DNA of 64,000 nucleotides from an uncultured Thermodesulfobacteriota bacterium (GTDB lineage Bacteria > Desulfobacterota > WTBG01 > CAIYCZ01 > CAIRTM01): contig CAZUMW010000001.1 in assembly GCA_964621615.1 (NCBI GenBank), positions 28,464 to 92,463 of the forward strand, read 5' to 3'. The position numbers and the translations under genes are program-made. Positions 50,198 through 60,488 of this stretch are shown here, piece after piece. How positions within the stretch are numbered: position 1 is the first letter of the stretch; each line of letters opens with the position of its first letter. Under the pieces are notes generated by a model. The model did no database searches and was not told the origin of the DNA. It saw only the letters and a program-made list of their open reading frames with translations.

Positions 50198-50551
50198 ATG
50201 AGTATACAGCGGAAAGCGCCGCGTGTCAGGCCGGCCGACAATGAACCCATTGAGATTCAGATAAACGGTGCCGGCTTCATGGAAATTCTTTACGCCCGGG
50301 ATATCAGTACCGAGGGCGTCGGTATATGGGTTCCGCACAAATTCAAAGGCTGCCAGATTCCGGGCGAGGTTGCCGTGGTGGTTACGCTTCCCGGCATTGA
50401 GCCCTTTATCGGTATCGGCATGCTGCGGCACCGGACTCCTGACGAAGAGCAGGAAGTGTTCGGTATCGAGTTCACTCAGATAGCAAACCTTGATCGCTCG
50501 CACATCGATGCCTATGTGAAGCGCCGGCTTGCTGAACAGTGCGATGAGTAA
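50198..50551 (+). CDS. PilZ-domain (c-di-GMP binding) protein
   Basis: RKAPRVRP ... ARDISTEGVGI fits the RxxxR / DxSxxG PilZ motifs. Confidence 0.55.
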   Translation: MSIQRKAPRVRPADNEPIEIQINGAGFMEILYARDISTEGVGIWVPHKFKGCQIPGEVAVVVTLPGIEPFIGIGMLRHRTPDEEQEVFGIEFTQIANLDRSHIDAYVKRRLAEQCDE

Positions 50552-50598
50552 GCCTGGGGCGTTCTGAAAGCGGCACGGTCGGCTTTTTTCTGGTTGCA

Positions 50599-51138
50599 GT
50601 GCCCCGATTTCTGTGCGGATACACGCTCATGTATCGTTTCCGGAACACAGAAACCTTCCGTATTTGCTCTTATGCCTGCCGGGCAGGAGCGTCAGCGCTG
50701 GGGCTTTTTTTGTTTGTAAGCGGATGTATGCACGGGAGCTCCGGAGCGGATGTTCCACCTGAAAAAGCGGCGCGGCTTCTGATCGGCGGCGGCATAGTGG
50801 TCAAGAAAATCGATGGGCGGACACACACGCGCATCAGCCTTGACACCTTTGATCGCTCCTGGCGCTATCCTGATACAGTTCCCCTTCCCCCGGGAACCCA
50901 TACGCTTACCGTATCCTGCGAAGGCGGCTTTCTGGATTCGCAGCCCGCGGCCGGCATGACGCTTGAGGCACAGCCGGGGCACACCTATGTGCTTGGAAAG
51001 GTTGTGTATGTGGACCGGAACGGCAGCAAAAAAGCCTGGCGCGCCGTCATTATCGATAAGGGCCTGAACTATGCCGGCGGTGTCAGTGAGCGCCCGGCCT
51101 ACCGCATAAGAAAAAGCGATGGAACAGATGCTCCCTGA
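50599..51138 (+). CDS. hypothetical lipoprotein
   Basis: Hydrophobic N-terminus with Cys. No family recognised. Confidence 0.35.
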   Translation: MPRFLCGYTLMYRFRNTETFRICSYACRAGASALGLFLFVSGCMHGSSGADVPPEKAARLLIGGGIVVKKIDGRTHTRISLDTFDRSWRYPDTVPLPPGTHTLTVSCEGGFLDSQPAAGMTLEAQPGHTYVLGKVVYVDRNGSKKAWRAVIIDKGLNYAGGVSERPAYRIRKSDGTDAP

Positions 51139-51234
51139 CGGAGCGCTGAGCATCCGTGAGGCGGCGTCATTTTTTGAAGAGAAGCCGGCGTGTATTATGC
51201 AGGCGGGCATGCGCCTGCTCATCAATGAGAGGAG

Positions 51235-52230
51235 ATGCATGTGGAAACGCGTGAGGAGGTATTACAGCTCATCGGCTGCTATATGAAAGCACGGGCGGTG
51301 CTGACAGCAGCGGAGCTTGATGTATTCGGTGCTCTTGAGCAGGGTCCGCTCAGCGCCGAGGCTGTCGCCGGCCGGGTCGGGGCAGAGACCCGCGCGCTCA
51401 CCCGGCTGCTTGACTGCCTTGCTGCTATGGGGCTGCTCACCAAGGACGCAGGCGATTACGCTCTTGCCGGCTCCGGGGCGCTGCTTGCGCCGGGCAGACC
51501 GGACACTGTGAACCCGATGGCAATGCACATGAATGCTGTATGGAAAAACTGGAGCAATCTGACGGAGGCTGTTCGGCAGGGCGCTAATCCGGCGCTTCAG
51601 CCGGTGATCGGCGAACATAATCTTGAGGATCTCGATTCGTTTATCGGGGCTATGCACACTATCGGCAGCAGGCTTGCTCACACGATTGCAGCGGCGTATA
51701 ACGCGGAGTCGCGAACGCACCTGCTTGATGTCGGCGGCGCGCTCGGAACCTATACGGTAGCGTTTCTGGAGCGCTACCCGGGCTTGCGGGCAACGCTTTT
51801 TGACTTTCCCGCGGTAATCGATCGCGCCCGGAGCGCGCTTGGATCCTCGCCGTACCGCGACCGCATCGAGTTTGCTGCGGGCGATTTCTATCGCGATCCC
51901 CTTCCCCGGGGCAGCGATCTGGCCCTGCTTTCAGCCATTATCCACCAGAACAGCCCTGAAGAAAACCGTGCTCTTTTCGAGAGCGTGTATCAGTGCCTTG
52001 TTCCGGGCGGAAGCATTCTCATTCGTGATCATGTTATGGATGAGTCCCGCACAGAGCCCGCTGCCGGTACGGTTTTTGCTCTGAATATGCTGGTAAATAC
52101 TCCCGGCGGCGACACCTACACGTTCCATGAAATCAGCGATATGCTTCAGGAAGCTGGATTTGTCGAAGCCAGGCTTCTGCGGCGCGGGGATGCAATGGAC
52201 TGCCTTGTGGAAGCCTGCAAGCTCTCCTGA
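51235..52230 (+). CDS. SAM-dependent O-methyltransferase (family 2, dimerisation + MTase domains)
   Basis: LLDVGGALGTYTVAFLERYPGLRATLFDFPAVI and later motifs typical of PF00891-type OMTs. The true start may be an internal ATG. Confidence 0.75.
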   Translation: MHVETREEVLQLIGCYMKARAVLTAAELDVFGALEQGPLSAEAVAGRVGAETRALTRLLDCLAAMGLLTKDAGDYALAGSGALLAPGRPDTVNPMAMHMNAVWKNWSNLTEAVRQGANPALQPVIGEHNLEDLDSFIGAMHTIGSRLAHTIAAAYNAESRTHLLDVGGALGTYTVAFLERYPGLRATLFDFPAVIDRARSALGSSPYRDRIEFAAGDFYRDPLPRGSDLALLSAIIHQNSPEENRALFESVYQCLVPGGSILIRDHVMDESRTEPAAGTVFALNMLVNTPGGDTYTFHEISDMLQEAGFVEARLLRRGDAMDCLVEACKLS

Positions 52231-52454
52231 ACGCATCGTGCCATAACCAGGTCCCCGGACATGTCAGCCGGCACCCCCTTGCAGCCGGCTTGAGGGATGT
52301 TTGACGATGGCATGCAATAACAAATATTTTTACCGCGACCGGTAAAGTCTTACCCGATTTGTCCGAAAACTAAGCAGTAGATCTTGGAAGCGGCTTTTTT
52401 AAAAAAACACCGGTAGCATACGTAAATCCGGTAACGCGTTAAGCGGATCACTGC

Positions 52455-52781
52455 ATGCCCAGAAAAACAAAGCCGAGCAAGCCGCCAGCTGATAGAGTTA
52501 TTAAAGCGGGGATTATCTCTTCGCCTAAAGCGCCCGCCGCTGCCCCACACCTCACCGGAAAGATCATTTTTTTCCCCGGGTGGTGTAAAAGATGCGGAAT
52601 GTGTTCGGTGATCTGTCCCCGGGAAGCGATTCGGCCCGGACCGGACGGAACACCTGTTCTGGCCGCTCCCGAAAAATGCACCCTGTGCTCGCTGTGCTGG
52701 CGGATCTGTCCGGACTTCGCTATCATAAAAAACCCGAATTACCGCGAGGAAAAGGATGGTTCTGCAGAAAACGACACCTGA
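52455..52781 (+). CDS. 2x[4Fe-4S] ferredoxin, delta subunit of 2-oxoacid:ferredoxin oxidoreductase (N-terminally extended; start uncertain)
   Basis: Two CxxCxxCxxxCP clusters (CKRCGMCSVICP, CTLCSLCWRICP). Overlaps the alpha subunit start. Confidence 0.55.
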   Translation: MPRKTKPSKPPADRVIKAGIISSPKAPAAAPHLTGKIIFFPGWCKRCGMCSVICPREAIRPGPDGTPVLAAPEKCTLCSLCWRICPDFAIIKNPNYREEKDGSAENDT

Positions 52782-53925
52782 TGGATATCCCCTTACGTTT
52801 ATTCAGGGAAATGAAGCCTGCGTATTCGGAGCGCTTCATGCGGGGTGTAATTTTTTTGCAGGGTACCCCATTACCCCCTCAACGGAAATAGCGGAGGGTA
52901 TGGCCTGGGATTTGCCGCAGACCGGCGGCAGCTTTATCCAGATGGAGGATGAAATCGCCTCGATAAATGCCGTGATTGGGGCTTCGGCCGCAGGCGCGGT
53001 TGCAATGACGGCAACATCCGGCCCCGGCTTTTCGCTTATGCAGGAGGCTGTCGGGTATGCATATATGACGCAGCTTCCCCTGGTAATCGTTGACGTTCAG
53101 CGCGGCGGGCCGTCAACGGGGCTTCCCACCAGGCTTTCTCAGTCAGATACCATGCAGTCGCGGTGGGGCACGCATGGCGACTATGTCGCAATAGCGCTGG
53201 CCGCCTCATCCGTCCAGGAAACCTACGATACCACGCTGCGCGCGTTCAGGCTGGCAGAGCGCTTCAGCACGCCGGTCATCGTGCTGCTTGATGAGCTGAT
53301 CGGGCATATGCGGGAAAAAGTCGTTCTGCACGAAGCGGGGAACACCGTTGCCGTGCAGCGGCGCTATCCGGAAATTCCTCCCGAGTGGTATGTGCCCTAT
53401 AAGCAGTCGCTTGACATGGTGGCGCACCCCGCACCGCTGGGCAAGGGATTCAGGTATAACATTACGGGGCTTGTCCACGACAATTCCGGCTTCCCCACTG
53501 CGGTGCCTCATGAAATAAACGAGCGCCTCGAAAGCCTGAGAAACAAAATAATGATGCACTGCCAGGAGATCTGGGACTGGCGGGAATATTACACCGGTGA
53601 TGCGCGCTACCTCATTATCGGATACGGGAGCGCCGCACGTGCGGCGCGCGGTGCGGTTGAGGCGCTGCGGAAAAAAAGAGTTAAAGCGGGCCTGATGGAT
53701 CTTAAAACAATATGGCCATTTCCCGTCAGGCCGCTGGCTCAGCTTGCTGAAAGGGCCGGGGTGAAAGCCGTTGTCGTAGCTGAAAACAACATGGGGCAGC
53801 TGATTCATTCAGTGCGCGAAGCGCTGCCCCACAGCGTTGCCGTTCGCGGGGCTAACCGCTATGACGGGCACTGTCTGGATGTTTCCATGATAACAAATGC
53901 GGTAAAGGAAGCTATATATGCATGA
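52756..53925 (+). CDS. 2-oxoacid:ferredoxin oxidoreductase alpha subunit (Kor/Vor/Por-type)
   Basis: GNEACVFGALHAGCNFFAGYPITPSTEI N-terminal signature of OFOR alpha. Confidence 0.85.
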   Translation: MVLQKTTPDGYPLTFIQGNEACVFGALHAGCNFFAGYPITPSTEIAEGMAWDLPQTGGSFIQMEDEIASINAVIGASAAGAVAMTATSGPGFSLMQEAVGYAYMTQLPLVIVDVQRGGPSTGLPTRLSQSDTMQSRWGTHGDYVAIALAASSVQETYDTTLRAFRLAERFSTPVIVLLDELIGHMREKVVLHEAGNTVAVQRRYPEIPPEWYVPYKQSLDMVAHPAPLGKGFRYNITGLVHDNSGFPTAVPHEINERLESLRNKIMMHCQEIWDWREYYTGDARYLIIGYGSAARAARGAVEALRKKRVKAGLMDLKTIWPFPVRPLAQLAERAGVKAVVVAENNMGQLIHSVREALPHSVAVRGANRYDGHCLDVSMITNAVKEAIYA

Positions 53926-54757
53926 GCTGTCAGAGGTATACGGGTACCTGCGGTGGAGCAAGCGCTTTCCCGCAGTGTGGTGTCCGGGCTGCGGTATCGG
54001 CACGGTTATGGGTGCGCTTATCCGCGCGATCAAAGACCTCGGCATTGAAAAAGATGCTGTGGCCGTTGTTGCGGGGATCGGCTGCGCGGGCCGCATGCCG
54101 GTGTATCTTGACTTTAATACCATGCATACCACACACGGCCGGGCCCCGGCTGTTGCGACCGGGATAAAAATGCACCGCCCCGACATGATGGTTATTGTTG
54201 TGTGCGGGGACGGAGACGCTCTTGCAATCGGCGGAAACCACTTTATTCATGCAGCGCGCCGTAACATCGATATAAACATCTTACTGGTTAACAACGGTAT
54301 TTACGGAATGACGGGAGGGCAGACCGCTCCCACGACACCAAGCGGGGCGTTTTCTCACACGATGCCCTGGGGAAACATTGAGCCCCCGTTTGACGCAGTG
54401 GCGCTTGCCTGCACTGCCGGGGCGACCTTTGTTGCGCGCGGGACGATCAGCGGCATCGTGCAGACAACAAACTACATGAAGCGCGCTTTCAGCCATAAAG
54501 GCTTTTCTCTTATGGAGGTTCTTTCGCCCTGTCCGACACAGTACGGGCGCCTTAATAAATCCGGCAGCGCCGCCGATATGCTTCGCCGGCAAAAAGAGCT
54601 TTCTATATCACGCGAGCGGGCCGAGCGCCTGCCGGAAGAACAGCGAAGCGGTAAAATTATAACCGGTGTGTTTAAAGACGAGCAGCGGGCTGAATATACC
54701 GATGCATACCGCGATTATGTAAAGCGCGCACAAAAATATACTCAGCAGAGCACATAG
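53918..54757 (+). CDS. 2-oxoacid:ferredoxin oxidoreductase beta subunit (TPP-binding)
   Basis: WCPGCGIG ... GDGDALAIGGNHFIHAARRNIDINILLVNNGIYGMTGGQ TPP motif. Confidence 0.85.
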   Translation: MHELSEVYGYLRWSKRFPAVWCPGCGIGTVMGALIRAIKDLGIEKDAVAVVAGIGCAGRMPVYLDFNTMHTTHGRAPAVATGIKMHRPDMMVIVVCGDGDALAIGGNHFIHAARRNIDINILLVNNGIYGMTGGQTAPTTPSGAFSHTMPWGNIEPPFDAVALACTAGATFVARGTISGIVQTTNYMKRAFSHKGFSLMEVLSPCPTQYGRLNKSGSAADMLRRQKELSISRERAERLPEEQRSGKIITGVFKDEQRAEYTDAYRDYVKRAQKYTQQST

Positions 54758-54759
54758 CC

Positions 54760-55353
54760 ATGCCGCGAACGGGTTCGAAAAAAAATGTTTCCCGAAAGCC
54801 GCGCCTGTCTTTTCCGCTCAATATACGTCTTTCCGGATCGGGCGGACAGGGTATTATTTCTGCGGGCATGCTTCTGGGAGAGGCGGTTGCAATCGGGGAT
54901 GGAAAAAATGTTGCGCAGAGCCAGTCATATGGCCCGGAGGCCCGCGGCGGGGCAACCCGTGCGGATATTATTGTGAGCAGCGAGGAAATATTTTTCCCTG
55001 AGTGCAGCAGCCTGGACATTCTGGTTGCCCTGACCCCCGAAGCCTATGAAAAATATGCCCCGGCGGTTATCCCGGAGGGGCTTATTCTTGTTGAAGCCAG
55101 CGCGATTGATGTCCTGGTGGGCAGTGCGTCCACTGTGCGTGCGCCATTTCTCGAGCAGGCTTCAAAGACGCTTGGCAACCCCCTTGCTGCAAATATGATG
55201 GCTCTGGGGTTTTTTGCAGCATATACGGAAATCGTGACAAGGCAGGCGCTCAGAAATGTTGTCGCGGCTCAGTTCTCAGGGACCAGATACAAAGAGGTCA
55301 ATCTTAAAGCTCTTGAGGCAGGCTTTCGGATGGGTGCACACGCTGGGCAATAG
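54760..55353 (+). CDS. 2-oxoacid:ferredoxin oxidoreductase gamma subunit
   Basis: LSGSGGQGIISAGMLLGEAV...YGPEARGG signature. Confidence 0.8.
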   Translation: MPRTGSKKNVSRKPRLSFPLNIRLSGSGGQGIISAGMLLGEAVAIGDGKNVAQSQSYGPEARGGATRADIIVSSEEIFFPECSSLDILVALTPEAYEKYAPAVIPEGLILVEASAIDVLVGSASTVRAPFLEQASKTLGNPLAANMMALGFFAAYTEIVTRQALRNVVAAQFSGTRYKEVNLKALEAGFRMGAHAGQ

Positions 55354-55401
55354 GTGCCGCGCCCGCATAAGCGGTGAACAATTTTATATGGAAAGGCGCC
55401 A

Positions 55402-56541
55402 ATGGCAGACAAGCCTTCATTTGCCGGCGATAAAAGAAAGGGGCCCGGAGCGCTGCTGCTGCTGTGCTTTTTTGCGGGCACAGCGGTGGTTGCTGTGCTG
55501 CTGTTCGGCGAGCGGCTGATGCTGTTCAATCTTGGGCTTTCAGCGGTTTTTACGGGCTTTTTGTGGGCATGCGCGATATTGATTGATTCCTCGCGCAGCA
55601 CCGGATTCAGCCTAAACGACGAGAGCCGCTGCATTATCACTGCAAAAGGAGAAACAATTCCCTACAGCGCTGTGCGGGCTGTAACCATCGCCCGCGCTGC
55701 CGACGGCGTGTGCGCCTATGTTGTTGTCGGCGGACTCGGCTTGAAAAAGCATATATTTTATTCACGCGATCCGTCCTGCGGTGACTATCTGAAAGAGCAG
55801 CTTCGGGCCCGGTTTGAGAGCCTTCGGGTAAAGCATGCGACCCTGCGGCTGGCAACCCTTGACTTTCTGCCACTTGCTGTTGTCCCGCTTACCGCAGTCA
55901 TTCTTGCCGGAATGAGCGGCTATTTTTACTGGTCCTATCCGTCCCTTTCGGTTTTCCCGCAGGAGCTGGTGCTTACTTACGGCGGGCAGGCCGATCCGGT
56001 ACATCAGAAGCGCTTCAGGCTCGGCAGGATATTCTTTAGCCTGCCGGATACGTTTCTGCCGGTCCAGAAGGGCCAGGGCACGCTGCTGCTGCAGTCATAC
56101 AGTACCGGAGCCACGCTGCTTGCCGATACGACCCGTATGATTGTCCGTCAAAACAAGGCTCCTCTGCTTGTGCCGGTTTTATATGCGGCGGGACTGCAAA
56201 GCGATTATGCTTTTATTGAAATGGCGTACTGCAGCCGGCTGGGACTCGTGCCCCTGGTTTTTAAGGCGGCGCTGCTGTCAATGATAGAGCCCGAAACACT
56301 GCATATTTACCGGGTGCGAAGGGGTCCGTGGACGGGTTTTGTGACGCAGGGGCTGTGCGATTCGGCGGGCAGCCGCTTGTGCAAGACAGACATAGTGCTT
56401 ACACACGATCAGGGCTCCGGCCATATGTATATGTCACTGCGCACGTCCGGCCGCTGCCCGGACAAGAGCCGAGTTGCTGATATTGTATATGGAATTAACA
56501 CGGCCGGCAGTAAATCTGATACGCCGGAAGATATGCTGTGA
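55402..56541 (+). CDS. hypothetical integral membrane protein
   Basis: Several TM segments. No recognised family. Confidence 0.4.
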   Translation: MADKPSFAGDKRKGPGALLLLCFFAGTAVVAVLLFGERLMLFNLGLSAVFTGFLWACAILIDSSRSTGFSLNDESRCIITAKGETIPYSAVRAVTIARAADGVCAYVVVGGLGLKKHIFYSRDPSCGDYLKEQLRARFESLRVKHATLRLATLDFLPLAVVPLTAVILAGMSGYFYWSYPSLSVFPQELVLTYGGQADPVHQKRFRLGRIFFSLPDTFLPVQKGQGTLLLQSYSTGATLLADTTRMIVRQNKAPLLVPVLYAAGLQSDYAFIEMAYCSRLGLVPLVFKAALLSMIEPETLHIYRVRRGPWTGFVTQGLCDSAGSRLCKTDIVLTHDQGSGHMYMSLRTSGRCPDKSRVADIVYGINTAGSKSDTPEDML

Positions 56542-56762
56542 TGCGTCAGGGAACACATCCATTGCATTCCGGTACGTAAGATGGATATTTCCAATTGTGC
56601 CCGCGGCGGCAGGCGAAATTCTGTGAACCACAACATATGGGAGCATTTTTCTGTTGACACACAATTAAGGGTTTTTTATACTGTGCCCAAACAAATCAAA
56701 TAGAATATATTTTTTTTGTTTGAATTATATATCACTATTATTTAGCCCTTTTCCCGACGAAA

Positions 56763-57605
56763 ATGCATCGCCGCGATTTTTTAAAAGCAGCGCTCTCCGG
56801 GCTGGCATTGTGTCAGTGGCTGCCGGTTCGGTCTTTTGCTGCCTGCGTGCATCCTCCTTGTTCACACCCCTATCCGTATGATGAGCACCTCCGGGAATAT
56901 CTTATCAAAATGCGTAACTTTGATAAGCCCCACAAAGGCGATTTCTGCCTCGAGCCGGAACTGCTTCCTGTGCTGAGCAGAACGGTGAATCGTCTGAAGC
57001 GACTGCAGCGTATTGTCGGATACGGTAATTTTCATCTGCTTGATTTTGATTATGCCCTGCTGTATGCCCGCAACTATTCCTCTATCGGAGATTTTCCGAA
57101 AGAGGAGCTTGATTTTCTTGAAATGATTTTTTACACGGACGCACGAACCTACGGATTTTACGGAGAAAAGCCGCTCAAGAATCTGAGCGACCGGGTGCAG
57201 GAACAAAACGTGACCAAAATTCCGGGAACCGGGCACTATATTTACCGCGGGGAGTCTCTTGAGCTGTATAGAAAAATCAAAAAAGAAATCGGCGATGATC
57301 TGATTTTGACCTCGGGCGTTCGGGGCGTTATAAAGCAGTTTTTATTATTTCTGAACAAAGCCGACAAAAACAGAGGGAACCTCTCCCTTGCCTCGCGGCA
57401 GCTGGCACCTCCCGGGTATTCCTTTCATGGTACAGCCGACTTTGATGTCGGGAAAGGCGGATTCGGCGCTGCTAATTTTACCGCCCGCTTTATGAGAACC
57501 GATGTGTATAAAAGTCTCAAGGAGCGGGGCTATCTCACGCTGCGCTATCCGCAGGACAATATGCTCGGGGTGCGCTTTGAGCCCTGGCATATAAAAGTAA
57601 GCTGA
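56763..57605 (+). CDS. Tat-exported peptidase M15-like (D-Ala-D-Ala carboxypeptidase/VanY-like) protein
   Basis: Twin-arginine signal MHRRDFLKAALSGLAL. SFHGTADFDV and EPWHI zinc-binding motifs. Confidence 0.55.
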   Translation: MHRRDFLKAALSGLALCQWLPVRSFAACVHPPCSHPYPYDEHLREYLIKMRNFDKPHKGDFCLEPELLPVLSRTVNRLKRLQRIVGYGNFHLLDFDYALLYARNYSSIGDFPKEELDFLEMIFYTDARTYGFYGEKPLKNLSDRVQEQNVTKIPGTGHYIYRGESLELYRKIKKEIGDDLILTSGVRGVIKQFLLFLNKADKNRGNLSLASRQLAPPGYSFHGTADFDVGKGGFGAANFTARFMRTDVYKSLKERGYLTLRYPQDNMLGVRFEPWHIKVS

Positions 57606-57832
57606 TGCCGCCATATAGCTGTCTGTACCTGCTCCGGCAGGCACTTTTATGTACACGTCTATAACGTGTTTCATCAGGGGATTGGCTGTCTTTTCGGGCT
57701 GTGAAAGAATAATCAACGAAAAGCGCAGACGGAATGACCGGGCTATGCCCGGGAGGTAATGAGGTCATTTTTCCGCGTTTGTTTTTTGCAGCTCCTTCCA
57801 GCCATATCGCAGTGGCCGGTGGCGACGCCCAT

Positions 57833-58897
57833 TTAGTCGCTGCCTGACGCTGAAGAGCCCGCTCCGTCAGCGTCCTTTTTCGTCTGCTGCTGTTTGCCGA
57901 GCACTCCGGCGCACGCCTCCATGACAGCCTCTACCGTAATGGCGCTCATGCATTTGCGGTCCCTGCATTTTTTCAGATAGCAGGGAATGCAGTCAAGTGC
58001 GGTGTTTCTGACCACACGGCTCTGTGCATTCTGCGGTCCGACATAAAAGGGGTCTGTGGGGCCGAAAAGCGCAACAACCGGAATGTCGGCGCAGGAGGCA
58101 AGATGCATGACCCCGGAATCTATGCCCACAAAAAGCCGGGCTTTTTTAAGCACAGCACACAGGGTGATCAGGCTGACGCTGCCGGTCAGGTTTATGACAG
58201 GAGCAGGGGGGACATCCGGGGACGGTGTTTCAGCAATTTTCCGGATCGCGACGTTTGCCGAAGCATCGGCGGGGCTTCCTACCAGAACGGGTGTAAGCCC
58301 CCATCGCCGGTACACCTGCTGCATTACAGCAGCAAATTTCTCCGGGAGCCATGCCTTGGCAGTCCGCCGTGCGGACGTGGCCGGAGATATTACGGCATAG
58401 CCGGGGGGAAGCTGCAAAGAGGAAACATCTTCATCCATATCAAGCAGGCCGACGTAGTCGTTTTTGACGGTCGGAATACCCAGCCTGTGCAGCAGGGCGG
58501 CGTTGTTCTTCCAGCTGTTGTGGCCGTGAAGCGGCTCTGTGATGTTCAGGAATGCGTCCCAGGGGCTGCGTGCAAATCCTGCTTTTATCCCGGCCCGGCT
58601 TGCTGCAGCAAGCAGCATGGCCTCTTCGGAGCGGGGAAGCGAGATAAGCAGGTCGTAGCGTTCGTTTCGAATTGTTCTGAGCAGGCGCATTTTTTCTCTC
58701 AGCCCGTGCTTTCGTATTATCGTGCGCGATATCCAGGGCGCCCTGGCGAAAAGCTCCTGAAGGTTGGGGCGTACGACGGAGTCAATGGACGCATGGGGAA
58801 ATTGATCGCGAAGCGCCTTGAGCAGCGGCAGGGAAAACACAAAATCGCCGATCTGGTTTAAGTGGATAATGCATATTGAGCTAACGGGGTGTTTCAT
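57833..58897 (-). CDS. glycosyltransferase family 9 (LPS heptosyltransferase-like)
   Basis: ICIIHLNQIGDFVFSLPLLKALR N-terminus and overall GT9 pattern. Confidence 0.75.
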   Translation of the reverse strand: MKHPVSSICIIHLNQIGDFVFSLPLLKALRDQFPHASIDSVVRPNLQELFARAPWISRTIIRKHGLREKMRLLRTIRNERYDLLISLPRSEEAMLLAAASRAGIKAGFARSPWDAFLNITEPLHGHNSWKNNAALLHRLGIPTVKNDYVGLLDMDEDVSSLQLPPGYAVISPATSARRTAKAWLPEKFAAVMQQVYRRWGLTPVLVGSPADASANVAIRKIAETPSPDVPPAPVINLTGSVSLITLCAVLKKARLFVGIDSGVMHLASCADIPVVALFGPTDPFYVGPQNAQSRVVRNTALDCIPCYLKKCRDRKCMSAITVEAVMEACAGVLGKQQQTKKDADGAGSSASGSD

Positions 58898-58932
58898 GGG
58901 CGTTTGTGTCGAACCCTTTTAATAAAGATCAA

Positions 58933-59886
58933 TTAATCATTGTGCACGTATTTTTGCGGCTGCGTGTTGTGTGCCCGGGCGCAGGTAAAAATTTCATGCA
59001 GCAGGGCGTTATTGCACGATATATGGTCGGGGGCGATGCCGGGCGAGGTGCCGCGCTCAACCGATGCAATAAAATCGCACACCGACAGCTCAAGCGGGTC
59101 GGGCACGCGGCGGCAGGTGCTGCCGCAGGAAAAAGAAATGGCGTACGACTCCGGATCAAGCTCGCGGTTGACGGTTTTTCCGTCAAAGCCGAACGCAAAT
59201 GCCCGTGGCTGCTCATTCTTCTGCGTGAGCGTGATGTTTGCTGTACACCGGACCCGATCGGTTGTATAGCAACAGCGTATGGCTGCAGCATCGGATCCGA
59301 AGGCGGTTTCTATATCGCATATAGTTCCGGGACCGAACACGCAGTAAAGCAGGCTGAGCGCGTGCGGAACAGCATCCGGTATCATATCGATACCTGTGCA
59401 GGCAGGCTGCATGATGATGCTAAACGTGTGATCGCCCGTTTCAGTCACGTGTCCGCACAGCTTGCTGTATGACGGCAGCGCAAACGGCCACTGCGAGTTC
59501 ATGGCAACGGTTATGTTTTGCTGTTTTGCCGGGCGGAATATCTGCTCTTCCAGCTCGCCATGAGAAGCGGGCGGCCACACAAACGGCTTTTCACAGAATA
59601 TGTGTGCCCCGGCATTGAGGGCCCTGATAATATAATTCCGGTGGGTGTGCGCCGGCGAGGCGATCACTACGGCGTCGGGGCGGTGCCGGCGGATCATGCT
59701 GTCAAAATCGCTGAAGGAGGCGGCACGAATGCCGTATTGTGAAAGGCTCTCGGCGGCATGCCGGGCAGACTCATCCGTGCTGCCCACCACGGCGGCGACC
59801 TGCACGCCGTGTAGGTGAAAATATTTTGCTATGTATTGTCCGATTCCGTTTCTGGTGCGCCCCGCACCAATAATGGCTATGTTCAT
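58933..59886 (-). CDS. Gfo/Idh/MocA-family NAD(P)-dependent oxidoreductase
   Basis: MNIAIIGAGRTRNGIGQ Rossmann motif. Start set at the internal ATG 59886. Confidence 0.75.
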   Translation of the reverse strand: MNIAIIGAGRTRNGIGQYIAKYFHLHGVQVAAVVGSTDESARHAAESLSQYGIRAASFSDFDSMIRRHRPDAVVIASPAHTHRNYIIRALNAGAHIFCEKPFVWPPASHGELEEQIFRPAKQQNITVAMNSQWPFALPSYSKLCGHVTETGDHTFSIIMQPACTGIDMIPDAVPHALSLLYCVFGPGTICDIETAFGSDAAAIRCCYTTDRVRCTANITLTQKNEQPRAFAFGFDGKTVNRELDPESYAISFSCGSTCRRVPDPLELSVCDFIASVERGTSPGIAPDHISCNNALLHEIFTCARAHNTQPQKYVHND

Positions 59887-60488
59887 ATAAGGGGAAAGAT
59901 AAATTTTTTCTATATGCGGGGGAATTATAGTATCGGACGTGCCCTGGGTCAAGAAATTCGCGAACGGCTCCGGCGCAGACGATATTCCGGCACCTGCGGT
60001 GTGCGCCGGTGGACTATAAAAAAAGGCTCGTTATTTGCCGGATACCGCGCGCTGTGGGCGCGAAGGCAAAATGAAACCATCCGCTCCCGTGGAGTTTTAT
60101 TTATGTCCATAAAAACAGGGACGCCAGGAAAAATCCGAAGCAGACAAAAGCCAGGACCAGAAACACCCTTTTTGCGGATACTGTTTCCATTTCTACCGTC
60201 TCATATGTGCTGTTCGGGGATGTCCGGTGCCAGAGATATAGAAACAAAACAGCGCCGATAAGGCTTATTTTTGTTATTATGGAAATATTTTCCACGGCAT
60301 GCTTTGTGTCAGTACTCTTTTTGTTGATGTAGCGGTGAAAGATGCTCAGATTACATCAGCATATCTTATTGCGTGATTTCCGAAGGCGTACCTTTTCGTG
60401 CTCTTTATAAGCCCCCTCTTTTTTTCCGCAGAGAACCATAGCACCGTTATAATGGTGCGTTCATTAGAAGAATGATACGAATTCGTGC

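Noticed and set aside
60101-60295. 64-aa minus-strand hydrophobic ORF
   Set aside because: Plausible small membrane protein, but no RBS or homology support and it lies in an intergenic AT-rich patch. Left uncalled.
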